From: a bacterium
GTDB taxonomy: Bacteria; Bacillota; Clostridia; Christensenellales; CAG-138
Direction of reading: 5' to 3'
DNA: 64,000 nucleotides
Assembly: GCA_022778545.1 (NCBI GenBank)
Contig: JALFDW010000035.1
Coordinates: forward strand, 3,816 to 67,815
Below the pieces are notes generated by a model that made no database searches, had not been told where the DNA came from, and saw only the letters and a list, made by a program, of their open reading frames with translations. The position numbers were made by a program, and so were the translations under genes. Of the stretch, positions 28,485-38,789 are shown piece by piece; the stretch's first letter is position 1, and each line of letters opens with the position of its first letter.

Positions 28485-30413
28485 ATGAACCGTTTGCAGC
28501 ACGAGATCAGCCCCTATCTGCTCCAGCACGCGGAGAACCCCGTGGACTGGTACCCCTGGTGCGCGGAAGCGTTTGAATCCGCGCGGCGGGAGGGGAAGCC
28601 CGTTTTTCTGAGCATCGGGTATTCCACCTGCCACTGGTGCCATGTGATGGCACACGAAAGCTTTGAGGATGCGGAGATCGCCGCGCTCCTCAACGCGTAT
28701 TTCATCTGCATCAAGGTGGATAAGGAGGAACGGCCGGATGTGGACAGCGTGTACATGCGCGTATGCGAAGCCTATACCGGCAGCGGCGGCTGGCCGACGA
28801 GCATCTTCATGACCCCGGCGCAGATCCCGTTTTTCGCGGGCACCTATTTTCCAAAGGGCACATTGCTCGCGCTCCTAAAAAACATCGCCGCCCTTTGGCA
28901 GACGGACCGCGCCTCCCTCGAAAAAAGCGGAAACGCTGTCCTCAAGGCGCTGCAGCCGGATGCACGGCGCAGCACAGCGCCCGCCTCAGCGCTGACCGAA
29001 CGGGCCTTTTCGTATTTCCACGCAACGTTTGACAGCGCGTGCGGCGGCTTTGGCCATGCGCCGAAATTCCCCGCCGCGCACAACCTCATGTTTCTCCTTG
29101 CGCTCGACGCGTGGGAGGGGAACGCCGAAGCGCGTGCCATGGCGGAAAAGACGCTTCTTCAGCTTTACCGCGGCGGCATTTTCGACCACATCGGCGGTGG
29201 CTTTTCCCGCTATTCCACGGACCGGCGCTTCCTCGTTCCGCATTTTGAAAAGATGCTTTATGACAACGCGCTTCTGATCGCGGCTTACAGCATGGCATTC
29301 CGCCTTACGGGGAACGCGTTTTATAAAACCGTAGCCGAAAAAACCGCCGCCTATGTTCTCAGCGAGCTCACCGCGCCTTCCGGTGGTTTTTACAGTGCGC
29401 AGGATGCGGACAGCGACGGCGTGGAAGGAAAATACTATGTGTTCGGCGCGGAGGAGCTGCCCCGCCTGCTCGGCGCGGACATAGGCGCGCTGTTCAACCG
29501 CTATTACGGCATCACCCCCTCCGGCAACTTTGAGGGGAAAAATATCCCGAATCTGCTCGATGCGGAGGCTTTCACGGATGTGTTCGAACCGTACCTGCCC
29601 CGCGTGCGCGCATACCGGAAGGAGCGGGCAAGCCTGCACCTTGACGACAAGGTCCTGACCGCATGGAACGGCCTTATGATCGCCGCGCTCGCATCGCTTT
29701 TTGCCGCAACGGGCAATGTGGAATATCTCTCCGCCGCGGAACGCGCCTGCGCCTTTGCCGAAACAACGCTTATGCCCGGCGGAACGCTCCACACCGGCTG
29801 GCGGGATGGCCGCCTGCTCGGCTCCGCGTTTCTTGACGATTATGCCGCGCTTGCGCTTGCGCACCTTTCGCTGTACGGCGTCACCTTCCGGGAGGATCAC
29901 CTTGAAAAAGCAGCCGCGCTCGCCGAACGGGTAGAAGCGCTGTTTTTCGATGCAGAAGCAGGCGGCTATTTCCTTTCCGGCAAGGAAAACGAAACGCTCG
30001 TTCTCCGGCCGAAAGAGACCTATGACGGGGCGATGCCAAGCGGCAATTCCATGATGGCTTTCGTGCTCGTGAAGCTCAGCCTGCTTTATGACGAATCCCG
30101 TTTCGGCCCGCGGGCGGAAGCGCAGCTGCGCTTTCTTGCTGCCGAGGCGGAGCCGGCGCCCGCCGGGCACTGCTTCTTTTTGCTCGCGCTGCTGCTTTCG
30201 CAGCCCCGGAAAAAGCTCGTCTGTGTGCTGAAAAATGAAAAAGACGCAGAGGACATTGCCCTCCGCGTCCCGTTTGGAACCCTGGTACGCGTGCTGCATA
30301 AGGAGACGGAAACCTACCCGCTCCTGAATGAGCGCACAACATATTATGTTTGCACCGAGAACGCCTGCCTGCCGCCCACAAACAGCCTGGAAGAAGCGCT
30401 CGGGCAGCAATAG
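28485..30413 (+). CDS. Thioredoxin-domain protein, DUF255/YyaL family
   Basis: [28 protein letters not shown]; C-terminal alpha/alpha-toroid part; 642 aa. Confidence 0.9.
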   Translation: MNRLQHEISPYLLQHAENPVDWYPWCAEAFESARREGKPVFLSIGYSTCHWCHVMAHESFEDAEIAALLNAYFICIKVDKEERPDVDSVYMRVCEAYTGSGGWPTSIFMTPAQIPFFAGTYFPKGTLLALLKNIAALWQTDRASLEKSGNAVLKALQPDARRSTAPASALTERAFSYFHATFDSACGGFGHAPKFPAAHNLMFLLALDAWEGNAEARAMAEKTLLQLYRGGIFDHIGGGFSRYSTDRRFLVPHFEKMLYDNALLIAAYSMAFRLTGNAFYKTVAEKTAAYVLSELTAPSGGFYSAQDADSDGVEGKYYVFGAEELPRLLGADIGALFNRYYGITPSGNFEGKNIPNLLDAEAFTDVFEPYLPRVRAYRKERASLHLDDKVLTAWNGLMIAALASLFAATGNVEYLSAAERACAFAETTLMPGGTLHTGWRDGRLLGSAFLDDYAALALAHLSLYGVTFREDHLEKAAALAERVEALFFDAEAGGYFLSGKENETLVLRPKETYDGAMPSGNSMMAFVLVKLSLLYDESRFGPRAEAQLRFLAAEAEPAPAGHCFFLLALLLSQPRKKLVCVLKNEKDAEDIALRVPFGTLVRVLHKETETYPLLNERTTYYVCTENACLPPTNSLEEALGQQ

Positions 30414-30420
30414 CGCCGCG

Positions 30421-30708
30421 TTATTCTTCTTCCTCGCAGCCCTTCTTCTTTGCAAGCTCCATGATCGCGCCGAAATGCTGCATGACGTAGTCGTAGCCCG
30501 TGCCGCGCCGGTGCGGGATCATGCAGTTGCTGCAATCCTTGATGCCGTTTTCCGTGAAGGTAAAATTGCCGCCGCATTTGTCGCCCAGCGCATAAAGCGG
30601 GCAATAGCAGAACAGGCAGTTGAAGTTCTCCGGGTCGTTCGTCTTATGGCACGGAAAAAACTCGCATTCCGCATGGTGGAAAAAGGAATATGCCTTCTTT
30701 TCTTCCAT
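30421..30708 (-). CDS. Cysteine-rich small domain protein (putative metal-binding)
   Basis: 95 aa with CEFFPCH...CLFCYCPLY...C..NC pattern. Confidence 0.7.
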   Translation of the reverse strand: MEEKKAYSFFHHAECEFFPCHKTNDPENFNCLFCYCPLYALGDKCGGNFTFTENGIKDCSNCMIPHRRGTGYDYVMQHFGAIMELAKKKGCEEEE

Positions 30709-30743
30709 AATAAGTATCTCTCCTTTTCTGTTCCGCTTATATA

Positions 30744-31280
30744 TTATATTCCGCCGATCTTCTTAAGCGGCGCATCCAGCCGCCCGGTCAGGTAAGCCGC
30801 AAGGGCGATCTTGAGCGCATCCCCGATGAGGAACGGGAACACACAATACACAAGGCTCATCCAAAGCCCCATTCCCGTGACCGCCATGAACCACACTGTG
30901 CCGAACAGATAGCACGCTGCCGTGCCAAGCGCCATCGCAAGGCAGAGCTTCCAGAAATTCAATCCCCACCGCGCACGCAGGAGCCCGGCGATGAGCGCTG
31001 CGAGAAGATACCCGATGATGTAGCCGCCGGTTTTCCCCGCGATGATCTGCATGCCGCCCGCAAAGCCCGCGAACACCGGCGCACCCAGCGCGCCGAGCAG
31101 CACATAGGCCGCGATTGCCGCAGTGCCGAGCTTTGCGCCGAGCAGCGCGCCCGCAAGGTGCACCGCAAAGAGCGCGAGGTTGATGGGGACCATCGGCAGG
31201 GGGATCTGGATCTGCGCACACACAGCACAAAGCGCGGTGAACACCGCAGCAAAGCAGTATTTTCGGAGGTTGGTTTTCAA
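30744..31280 (-). CDS. bioY: Biotin transporter BioY (ECF S-component)
   Basis: 178 aa, 5-6 TM, PITLQ-like IPLPMVPINL and GGYIIGYLLAA motifs. Confidence 0.85.
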   Translation of the reverse strand: MKTNLRKYCFAAVFTALCAVCAQIQIPLPMVPINLALFAVHLAGALLGAKLGTAAIAAYVLLGALGAPVFAGFAGGMQIIAGKTGGYIIGYLLAALIAGLLRARWGLNFWKLCLAMALGTAACYLFGTVWFMAVTGMGLWMSLVYCVFPFLIGDALKIALAAYLTGRLDAPLKKIGGI

Positions 31281-31385
31281 TGCGGGACGCTCCTTTTTTA
31301 GCTTATCAGGCCATATTATATCGTTTCCGGCGGCGTACTGTCAAACCGGGCAGTGCATCACATCTTCCTAAAAATTTTTATGCTG

Positions 31386-31415
31386 TTGACAAAAACATTC
31401 TGCCGTATATATACT
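31386..31415 (+). promoter_or_regulatory. Sigma-A promoter upstream of carbamate kinase
   Basis: TTGACA - 16 to 18 nt - TATATA/TATACT. Followed at 31437..31458 by the perfect hairpin ATGCTGCA-atcccg-TGCAGCAT. Confidence 0.55.
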
Positions 31416-31503
31416 AAGGCCATACAAGCATTATATGCATGCTGCAATCCCGTGCAGCATAACCAAACCCTACATGAATGACCATGAAAAAGGAGACAGC
31501 CCT

Positions 31504-32442
31504 GTGAACAAAATCGTGATCGCCCTTGGTGGAAACGCGCTTCAGGAAGCCGGAAAGCCCGCGACTGCGCAGGCACAGCTTGAAGTGGTTGAAAGAACTT
31601 CCGTCTACATCGCCGACATCCTCGAAAAAGGCTACCGCATCGTGCTCGCGCACGGCAACGGACCTCAGGTCGGCCGTCTTGTGATCCAGAACGAATACGC
31701 GGAACCCGTCACCCCGGCCATGCCGTTTGACGTCTGCGGCGCAATGAGCCAGGGCATGATCGGCTATCACATTCAGCAGGGGCTTTCCAAGGTGCTGCAC
31801 AGCCGCGGCAACCGCACGCCTGTCGCTACGCTCGTGACGCAGGTCGTCGTCGACGCAAATGACCCGAAGTTCCAGAACCCCTCAAAGCCCATCGGCCCGT
31901 TTTATTCGGAAGAAGAAGCCGCAGCCATCGCTGCGGAAAAGGGTTATGTCATGAAGGAGGACGCTGGCCGCGGCTGGCGGCGCGTCGTCGCCTCCCCCAT
32001 GCCGGTCGAAATCGTTGAGCTTGACGCGGTGCGCTGTTTGGTGGATAATGGGTTTATCGTTGTGACCGTGGGCGGCGGCGGCATTCCCGTCGTGCGCAAC
32101 GCAGAAGGCGATCTCGAAGGCGTTGCCGCAGTGATCGACAAGGATCTTGCAAGCGAACGCCTGGCGGAGGATCTTGACGTGGATGCGCTCGTGATCCTCA
32201 CCGCCGTGGAAAAGGTGAGCATCAACTTCAAAAAGCCGGATCAGAAGGATCTTGACACGCTTTCCGTCGCGGAAGCAAAGCGTTACATGGCCGAAGGGCA
32301 TTTCGCCCCCGGCTCCATGCTGCCCAAGATCGAAGCGGCTGTGAAGTTCGTGGAGAGCAAGCCCGGCCGCAAGGCGATCATTACCTCGCTCGACAAAGCT
32401 GCCCTCGCGCTTGAAGGCAAAGCCGGCACAACGATCCAGTAA
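31504..32442 (+). CDS. arcC: Carbamate kinase
   Basis: GTG 31504 lies 6 nt after the RBS AAAGGAGA. VNKIVIALGGNAL, AHGNGPQVG motifs. Confidence 0.9.
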   Translation: MNKIVIALGGNALQEAGKPATAQAQLEVVERTSVYIADILEKGYRIVLAHGNGPQVGRLVIQNEYAEPVTPAMPFDVCGAMSQGMIGYHIQQGLSKVLHSRGNRTPVATLVTQVVVDANDPKFQNPSKPIGPFYSEEEAAAIAAEKGYVMKEDAGRGWRRVVASPMPVEIVELDAVRCLVDNGFIVVTVGGGGIPVVRNAEGDLEGVAAVIDKDLASERLAEDLDVDALVILTAVEKVSINFKKPDQKDLDTLSVAEAKRYMAEGHFAPGSMLPKIEAAVKFVESKPGRKAIITSLDKAALALEGKAGTTIQ

Positions 32443-32501
32443 CTGACTCTGGCGCAAACGCGCGCCCCTTCATTCTTTATTATTTTACGGAGGATAACCG
32501 C

Positions 32502-33839
32502 ATGTTCAACAACTCCATCGGCGTTCAGGTGCCTGACATCCTTCTCCCGCGCGAAGGCGTATCCATGGAAAAGTGGGCCGTCGTCGCCTGCGACCAGTTC
32601 ACTTCCCAGCCCGAATACTGGGAAGAGGCGGAACGCATCGTGGGGGACGCACCCTCCACCCTGCGCCTGATGCTGCCGGAAATGTACCTGGAAAAGCCCG
32701 GCGAAGCAGAACGCATCGCCGCGATCAACGCTACCATGGACCGTTACATGGCGGAAGGTACGCTTGAAAGCAAAGGCCAGGGCTTCGTGTTCGTGCGCCG
32801 CACTGTGGACGGCAAGACCCGCAGTGGCCTCATCGTGGCGCTCGACCTTGAGCAGTACGATTACAGCCGCGGCTCCGAAACGCTCATCCGCGCTTCGGAA
32901 GGCACGATCGTGGAGCGCATACCGCCCCGGCTGCGCATCCGCAAGGACGCGGCGCTCGAGCTGCCACACATCCTCGTTCTGATCGACGACCCGGAGCGCA
33001 CGGTCATCGAACCGCTCGCCGAAGCCGCAAACGCCGAAACGAAGCTCTATGATTTCGACCTCATGCTCGGCGGCGGCCACATCGAAGGCTATATGGTAAA
33101 CGATGCCGGGCGGATCGAAGGCGCGCTCCGCGCGCTCGAAGCGCTGGCCGACCCCGCGCGGTTTGCGGCGCAGTATGGCGAGGGCAAAGCGCCCATGCTC
33201 TTTGCAATGGGCGACGGCAACCACTCCTTTGCGACCGCAAAGGCCAACTGGGAAGCCCTGAAGCAGACGCTCACCCCCGCCGAGCAGGAGAACCACCCCG
33301 CGCGCTTTGCGCTCGTGGAGCTTGAGAACATCCATGACGAAGGCATCATCTTTGAGCCCATCCACCGGGTGCTCTTCAATCTTGATTCCGAAAAGGCACT
33401 GCGCTGGCTGTTGGAGCGCCTTGCCGCGGACAACGGCGCCTGCAAGATGAACCGCTTTGCCACGAAGGAAGAATGCGAAGCCTCCCTGAAGGTTGCCGCA
33501 ACCTGCGGCGGCCACCTGCTGCCCTTCGTTTCGGAGCAGGGCTACGGCTACCTCAAGGTCAACGCACCTGTGGCGCAGCTTGAAGTCGGCACGCTGCAAA
33601 ACGCGCTTGACGCCATGCTCAAGGCGTTCCCGGAGGCTACCATCGACTATATCCACGGCGCGGACGTGGTCTATGAACTCGGCGCAAAGCCCGGCAACCT
33701 GGGCTTCCTGCTGCCGCCGATGGCAAAGAGCGCCTTCTTCCCCACCGTGGTGTTCGACGGTGCGCTCCCGCGCAAGACGTTCTCCATGGGCGAAGCAAAC
33801 GAAAAGCGCTACTATCTCGAATGCCGCAAAATCAAATAA
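32502..33839 (+). CDS. DUF1015 domain-containing protein
   Basis: N-terminus ...VPDILLPREGVSMEKWAVVACDQFTSQPEYW is typical of DUF1015; 445 aa. Confidence 0.8.
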   Translation: MFNNSIGVQVPDILLPREGVSMEKWAVVACDQFTSQPEYWEEAERIVGDAPSTLRLMLPEMYLEKPGEAERIAAINATMDRYMAEGTLESKGQGFVFVRRTVDGKTRSGLIVALDLEQYDYSRGSETLIRASEGTIVERIPPRLRIRKDAALELPHILVLIDDPERTVIEPLAEAANAETKLYDFDLMLGGGHIEGYMVNDAGRIEGALRALEALADPARFAAQYGEGKAPMLFAMGDGNHSFATAKANWEALKQTLTPAEQENHPARFALVELENIHDEGIIFEPIHRVLFNLDSEKALRWLLERLAADNGACKMNRFATKEECEASLKVAATCGGHLLPFVSEQGYGYLKVNAPVAQLEVGTLQNALDAMLKAFPEATIDYIHGADVVYELGAKPGNLGFLLPPMAKSAFFPTVVFDGALPRKTFSMGEANEKRYYLECRKIK

Positions 33840-33948
33840 CGGCGTGCACCGCTTTCTTTCCCACGGCGCACGGCAATGCTGAACAAAAGGGGCGCACACG
33901 CGCCCCTTTTTACGCCGCTTCCCCGTTATAAGGACATGTGAACATTCC

Positions 33949-35178
33949 ATGAAACGCAAGCAAGCAAACAAACCCAAACCGCAGCCCGCCTTTTTCTATA
34001 CGCTGGTCTATCTGGCACTCCGGCCCTATCTCCGCCTGCGCTACGGATACCGGCGGCCGAAGTCGCTGCCCATCCGCGAGGAACGCGGGCCAGTCACCGT
34101 GCTTGGCAACCATGCCTCGAACATCGATTTTCTGTTTTCCATCGTGGCGCTCTATCCGAAGCGGATGAATTTCCTTGTTTCCGCGCACTTTTTCGACCAG
34201 AAGCCGCTGTGCTACCTGCTGCGCTTCGTGCAGTGTGTGCGCAAGGAACAGTTTGCAACGGATGTCGCTGCTATTCGGGATATGCGCTCACTCGTTGCCG
34301 CCGGCGGGAACATCCTGCTGTATCCGGAAGGTGAAGTCAACGGCACTGGCCGCACCGGAATGTTCCCGGAAAGCACAGCGCGCCTGTGCAAGCTGCTGCG
34401 CGTGCCTGTTTACGCCGTGCGCACAAAGGGCACCTACCTGACGCGCCCCAAATGGGGGCCGAGCCGCAGGCGCGGGCGCGTGGAAACGGATGTGACGCGT
34501 ATCGCCACGGCGGAAGAGCTTGCGGCGCTTTCCAACGAAGCGCTCGATGCGCGCATCCGGGAAGGCATCTTCCACGATGAATATGCCTGGCAGGCGCAGG
34601 CGCGCATCCCCTTCCATGCAAAGGCCCCCGCGGAAGGGCTGCACCGGATGCTTTACCGCTGCCCGAAATGCGGCGCGGAATTCACCATGCGCTCCACAAC
34701 GCATGAGATCTATTGTACATCCTGCGGCAACCGCGGCCGGATGGATGAATACGGTTTCCTTTCGCCCGCCGGTGCGGAGGATGTGATCCCCGCCTCGCCG
34801 CTTGCCTGGGTGGATCTGCAGCGCGCAGCCCTTCGCGATGCAATGCGGGATCCTGCCTACCGTCTCACCGCACGCTGCTGCCTGCAATACCATCTGGATG
34901 GGCACGCGCTTGACCATGTGGATGTGGGCGAAGGCACCGTCACGCTTGACCGCAGCGGCCTGTCCTATGAGGGCATGGCGGAAGGCGAGCAGGTCTCCCT
35001 GCACTTCCCGCTTTCCGACCTTTATAAGTTCCCCTTCTCGGCGGGCCTCCACTTCGAGATCCCACCCGCGACGCGCGTTACGGCCATCCGCCCTCTTGAG
35101 CCCGCCGCAGTGTGGAAATTCGTGCTTGCGCTGCCGCTGATGAAAGAGGCCGTACAGGCCGACGCGGAAGCACACTGA
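33949..35178 (+). CDS. Lysophospholipid (PlsC-type) acyltransferase with C-terminal zinc-ribbon-containing domain
   Basis: HX4D motif GNHASNID, YPEGE motif; C-terminal half has CPKCG...CTSCGN. Confidence 0.75.
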   Translation: MKRKQANKPKPQPAFFYTLVYLALRPYLRLRYGYRRPKSLPIREERGPVTVLGNHASNIDFLFSIVALYPKRMNFLVSAHFFDQKPLCYLLRFVQCVRKEQFATDVAAIRDMRSLVAAGGNILLYPEGEVNGTGRTGMFPESTARLCKLLRVPVYAVRTKGTYLTRPKWGPSRRRGRVETDVTRIATAEELAALSNEALDARIREGIFHDEYAWQAQARIPFHAKAPAEGLHRMLYRCPKCGAEFTMRSTTHEIYCTSCGNRGRMDEYGFLSPAGAEDVIPASPLAWVDLQRAALRDAMRDPAYRLTARCCLQYHLDGHALDHVDVGEGTVTLDRSGLSYEGMAEGEQVSLHFPLSDLYKFPFSAGLHFEIPPATRVTAIRPLEPAAVWKFVLALPLMKEAVQADAEAH

Positions 35179-35200
35179 ATTTTCATAGTCTAACAGACTG

Positions 35201-35228
35201 AAGAGGGCGGCCACCGGCCGCCCTCTTA
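35201..35228. terminator. Bidirectional terminator hairpin
   Basis: AAGAGGGCGGCC-ACC-GGCCGCCCTCTT, a perfect 12-bp stem between convergent genes. Confidence 0.75.
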
Positions 35229-35264
35229 TCCATGCCGTTTATTTCTTTGTCCTTCTCTGTTTTC

Positions 35265-36746
35265 TCAGAGCAGCAGCACCAGCTTCTGCCCGTCCGCAAG
35301 CGTTTCGGAAAGCCCGGGGTTCATCTCGAGCAGGCGCTTGCGCGGCAGGTTGAAGCGACGGCCCACATCAAAGAGCGTCTCCCCATTCCCCGCAAAGTAG
35401 ATCACCACGCCGCGCGGCCGCTCCGCCGGAGCGCATTCCTCCATGCCCGTCACAGCATGCGTTTTTACGACCGCATACGGCTGCGCCGTCACCTGCAGCG
35501 TATAGGAAAGCTCGATCCCGCGCCCCGCGCCCGAAGCTGCGGCGGAAACCACACGCACCTGTGCGCGTGCCTCCGTCAGCTTCCCTGCCCCGGCGTTCTC
35601 ACAGCGGAAGGGGATATCCTCCGTAAAGGCATAGAGCATGCCTCCCTCCGTCTGGTACAGCACGCGGGTAAACAAAAGGCCTTCCACGGTGAGCCGCCCG
35701 TCCTCTATGGAGGCGGACGTAACCACCGGGCGCGCCATGCAGTACGCCACGCGGTAACATTCCGGCATACCATCCGGGATGCCGAGGGTTTCTGATGCCC
35801 CAAAGCGGAAGCGCACCGTTTCGCCGCGCAGCAGAAGCTGTACCTCCTCCCGGACGCAGGAAAGCGGCAGCGACGGCGCATACGCATCCTGCGGCAGGGT
35901 GACGCTTTCCTTCCGCAGCGCTTCTACACGCACCGCAATGCGTGCCTCCACGCTCATCATTCCGCCATCCACTTCAGGAAGCGCAAGCCCGATCGCCTCC
36001 ACTTCCGCCTCCGCCACGGGAAGCACCGCATCCATTCCGGTTCCGTCGGCCTCCGTCTCCAGCGTCACCGGCACGTGCTGCACAAACTGCGCCAGCTTTC
36101 CATCCGCCCCTACGGTGAGTGCGGTGACGGTCAGCGTTCCCTCGGAAATGGCCGCCGCACCGCCGACATGGGTTTCACGCAGCTGGCACACGCCCGAAGC
36201 GCGCAGCACGGCGGCTGCGTTCGGCGCGCTGATCTCCTCGCGGATGCGCACCGTTTCCTGCCCAAGCACATCGGTGCGCACGGTCTCAAAGGTCTGCTCC
36301 CTGCGCTCGAGATCCTCCGCGCCCCGGATTCCCGCAAGCACGCGCAGCGGAGCCGCCTGCAGCACCATGCATTCCACATCCAGCACCGCCGAGAGCATCA
36401 GCGCCCCCGTCTGTTCCACGGAAATCGACTGAAGCGCCGCAAAGGCCTCCGCCGTCATTCCTTCCTTCGCCCCCGGCGCAGGGAGCGAATGGCGGAACGC
36501 AGCGCTGGATGCAAAGGCGAACACCTCGTCCCCATCGCGGCAGATCAACTCCACGCGCACGCGCCCTTCCACCGTGACCGCACCTTCGCCTGCGGCTGCG
36601 CCCGACACCGAAACGCTGCCGTCCACGCAGAGCACCTCCGCGCTTTTCCGCCCTTCCGGCAGAGGGAGCTCGCCCTCCACCAGCGCCTGCGATGTTGCCC
36701 GAAGCACAAGGCGCGCCGCGCCCAGGTCGCTAAATTGCAGTTCCAT
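35265..36746 (-). CDS. DUF3794 repeat protein with C-terminal LysM domain (sporulation/coat-associated type)
   Basis: Trimmed to ATG 36746 (RBS GGGAGGG). C-terminal LysM YFAGNGETLFDVGRRFNLPRKRLLEMNPGL. Confidence 0.7.
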   Translation of the reverse strand: MELQFSDLGAARLVLRATSQALVEGELPLPEGRKSAEVLCVDGSVSVSGAAAGEGAVTVEGRVRVELICRDGDEVFAFASSAAFRHSLPAPGAKEGMTAEAFAALQSISVEQTGALMLSAVLDVECMVLQAAPLRVLAGIRGAEDLERREQTFETVRTDVLGQETVRIREEISAPNAAAVLRASGVCQLRETHVGGAAAISEGTLTVTALTVGADGKLAQFVQHVPVTLETEADGTGMDAVLPVAEAEVEAIGLALPEVDGGMMSVEARIAVRVEALRKESVTLPQDAYAPSLPLSCVREEVQLLLRGETVRFRFGASETLGIPDGMPECYRVAYCMARPVVTSASIEDGRLTVEGLLFTRVLYQTEGGMLYAFTEDIPFRCENAGAGKLTEARAQVRVVSAAASGAGRGIELSYTLQVTAQPYAVVKTHAVTGMEECAPAERPRGVVIYFAGNGETLFDVGRRFNLPRKRLLEMNPGLSETLADGQKLVLLL

Positions 36747-36783
36747 CGTTTTCCCTCCCATATCGTATGGCTGTATCGCTCCA

Positions 36784-36812
36784 TATATATGAAAGCGGAA
36801 CATCATTTATAC
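36784..36812 (-). promoter_or_regulatory. Possible mother-cell (sigma-E/K-like) promoter of the DUF3794-LysM gene
   Basis: Minus strand reads GTATAAA - 14 nt - CATATATA, about 38 nt upstream of the ATG. Matches the kmATAww/CATAnnnTA style consensus only by eye. Confidence 0.3.
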
Positions 36813-36927
36813 ATGATGCAGGACTTGCAGCGCGTTCATGCAGCATACATACGGCTTTTGTCGTTTTCTTGAAATTAATCAAATATCTGCCCTGAAATGC
36901 ATCCAACTCACCCTATTCGGGAGCAAG

Positions 36928-36992
36928 TTATCCACACTCTCCACAGACTTATCCACAAACTGCCCATTTTAGGGGACATGCTGTGTGAATAA
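36928..36992. promoter_or_regulatory. DnaA-box cluster (2 perfect + 1 one-mismatch)
   Basis: TTATCCACA at 36928-36936 and at 36949-36957 (same orientation). TGTGAATAA at 36984-36992 (= TTATTCACA, inverted). Confidence 0.7.
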
Positions 36993-37173
36993 TCTGTGAA
37001 CCGTGTTCCCGGCGCGGTATATTACGCTGCATAGCGCGCATAAACGGGTACTGCCTGTAAATATTTCATATGAATCGCATTTCGGAACGGCTCTGCCGCC
37101 CTGCGCGCCCATGCGACACTTCCTGCAACGGGCAGAAACCGGGGCGGCAGATTGGGCTTTTGCCTGCAGGACG

Positions 37174-37977
37174 TCAGCCGGCGTCCCGGATCTCCTGGCG
37201 CGCACGCTCCCGCGCATCCTCCATGATGAGCTTATCCGCCACAAGCGCAATGAATTCGCCGTTTGTGGGCTTATCGTTTTTAGAATAGATATTGTAGCCG
37301 AAAAGCTGGTTGATGTTCTCGATTTTCCCGCGCGTCCAGGCGACTTCGATGGAATGGCGGATCGCCCGTTCCACCTTGGAAGCCGAGGTGTTGAAGCGCT
37401 TTGCGATGCCGGGGTACAGCTCCTTCGTGATGCGGTTGATGAGCTCCGGCTCAAAGTACACCATGCGGATGGCCTCGCGCAGATAATGGTAGCCCTTGAT
37501 ATGCGCCGGGATGCCGATCACAAGGAACACTGCCGTGATCTTTTCATCGAGCGTTTTCGGCTGTGCCGACGCCATGCAGATCTGGGAGCGTCCAATATAA
37601 GTGTTCTCCAGCATGTCGAGCAGCCGTTTTGCGAGCGTTTCCGGATCAGCCGGCTTCACCATGAAATACTTCGCCCCCATCGCGCAGGCCTGCCGCACCA
37701 TGTCCTCATGCCGCATAGCGCTCACGACCATCACCGCCGGCGGGTTTTCCACAAGGCCGCTGCCGAGCCGTTCCAGCAGTTCAAACCCGTCCACCCGCGG
37801 CATGATGAGCTCCGTGATGAGCGCATCATAATGCCCGGCGCGCAGCGCATCGATCGCTGCCTGGCCATCCGCCACCGCCTCGAACTGGGCCACCTGCTCC
37901 TGCGCTGCAAGGCAATCCCGCACCGCCGTCTGAAACTGAAGATTACCATCTGCCATAAGGATTCGATATTTTGTCAT
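37174..37977 (-). CDS. spo0A: Sporulation master regulator Spo0A
   Basis: Receiver domain [12 protein letters not shown]... plus Spo0A C-domain [18 protein letters not shown] and [15 protein letters not shown]; RBS AAAGGAGG. Confidence 0.95.
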   Translation of the reverse strand: MTKYRILMADGNLQFQTAVRDCLAAQEQVAQFEAVADGQAAIDALRAGHYDALITELIMPRVDGFELLERLGSGLVENPPAVMVVSAMRHEDMVRQACAMGAKYFMVKPADPETLAKRLLDMLENTYIGRSQICMASAQPKTLDEKITAVFLVIGIPAHIKGYHYLREAIRMVYFEPELINRITKELYPGIAKRFNTSASKVERAIRHSIEVAWTRGKIENINQLFGYNIYSKNDKPTNGEFIALVADKLIMEDARERARQEIRDAG

Positions 37978-38200
37978 TCGTATGCCTCCTTTTTGCAACC
38001 GAGATGCAGTTTTTGTCTGTGCTCTCATCATAACACCGCGATTTTCGCGGCGATAGAGCATGAATTTAGCCGGTATTGTCGTGTTTTGCTGCGCTTTTGG
38101 CGCGCATTGTCGCCCTGCGTATTCTGTTGGTGATTTTCACTTTAATTTGTCATTTTTTACCGTAAAGAATTGCGCCATTTCTTTATATATAAACTTATTG

Positions 38201-38229
38201 TTGACAGACAACATGGGCAGCGCTATAAT
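38201..38229 (+). promoter_or_regulatory. Consensus sigma-A promoter of the marR-ABC operon
   Basis: TTGACA - 17 nt - TATAAT, both hexamers perfect. Confidence 0.75.
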
Positions 38230-38234
38230 ATTAG

Positions 38235-38253
38235 CCGGTTAATTGTTAATCGG
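38235..38253. promoter_or_regulatory. Candidate MarR operator
   Basis: CCGGTTAA-TTG-TTAATCGG imperfect palindrome just downstream of the -10. CGGTTAAT also occurs as a direct repeat (38236, 38251). Confidence 0.5.
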
Positions 38254-38285
38254 TTAATATTATCTGAAAGAAAGGAGATGCCCGT

Positions 38286-38789
38286 ATGGCTTTTTCAAAG
38301 CAATACCATGAGATTATTGGCGCAATGCACCGGTTGGAGCTTTTGCGCCGCATCAGCATCCGGGATAAAGTGCGCGGGATCGAGATCCGCCGGGCGCAGA
38401 TGCCGATGCTTGAATACATCGCCGCGCATGAAGGCTGCACCCAGGCTGACATTTCAAAGTATCTGCACGTGTCCCCCGCTTCCGTTGCCTGCTCCGCCAA
38501 ACGGATGGAGGCTGCAGGGCTCATTGCCCGCGCGGCGGATGAATCCAACCTGCGCTGCAACCGGCTTTCCGCCACCGCGGAAGGGCTTGCGCGGCTCACG
38601 CAGATGCACGCCGTGTTCGATGCGCTGGATGAGCGCACGTTCGAAGGTTTTTCGGAAGCGGAACTCGCTACGCTTTCCGCCCTGCTGGAGCGCATGATCC
38701 GCAACGCCGCAAGCGGAGACACTGCAAAAAAAACAACGCACGAGCTGGTCTGTCAGCTCCATGACCTGGAAGGAGACGACCCATGCTGA
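38286..38789 (+). CDS. MarR family transcriptional regulator
   Basis: 167 aa; winged-helix region ...PMLEYIAAHEGCTQADISKYLHVSPASVA...; overlaps the next gene. Confidence 0.85.
   Translation: MAFSKQYHEIIGAMHRLELLRRISIRDKVRGIEIRRAQMPMLEYIAAHEGCTQADISKYLHVSPASVACSAKRMEAAGLIARAADESNLRCNRLSATAEGLARLTQMHAVFDALDERTFEGFSEAELATLSALLERMIRNAASGDTAKKTTHELVCQLHDLEGDDPC

Noticed and set aside
36862-37000. The DnaA-box cluster as the chromosomal origin (oriC)
   Set aside because: There are only three boxes, only a short AT-rich stretch (36862-36885), and no dnaA/dnaN/rpmH context within the window. A secondary DnaA-binding or regulatory site is the more conservative reading, so it is reported as a finding instead.
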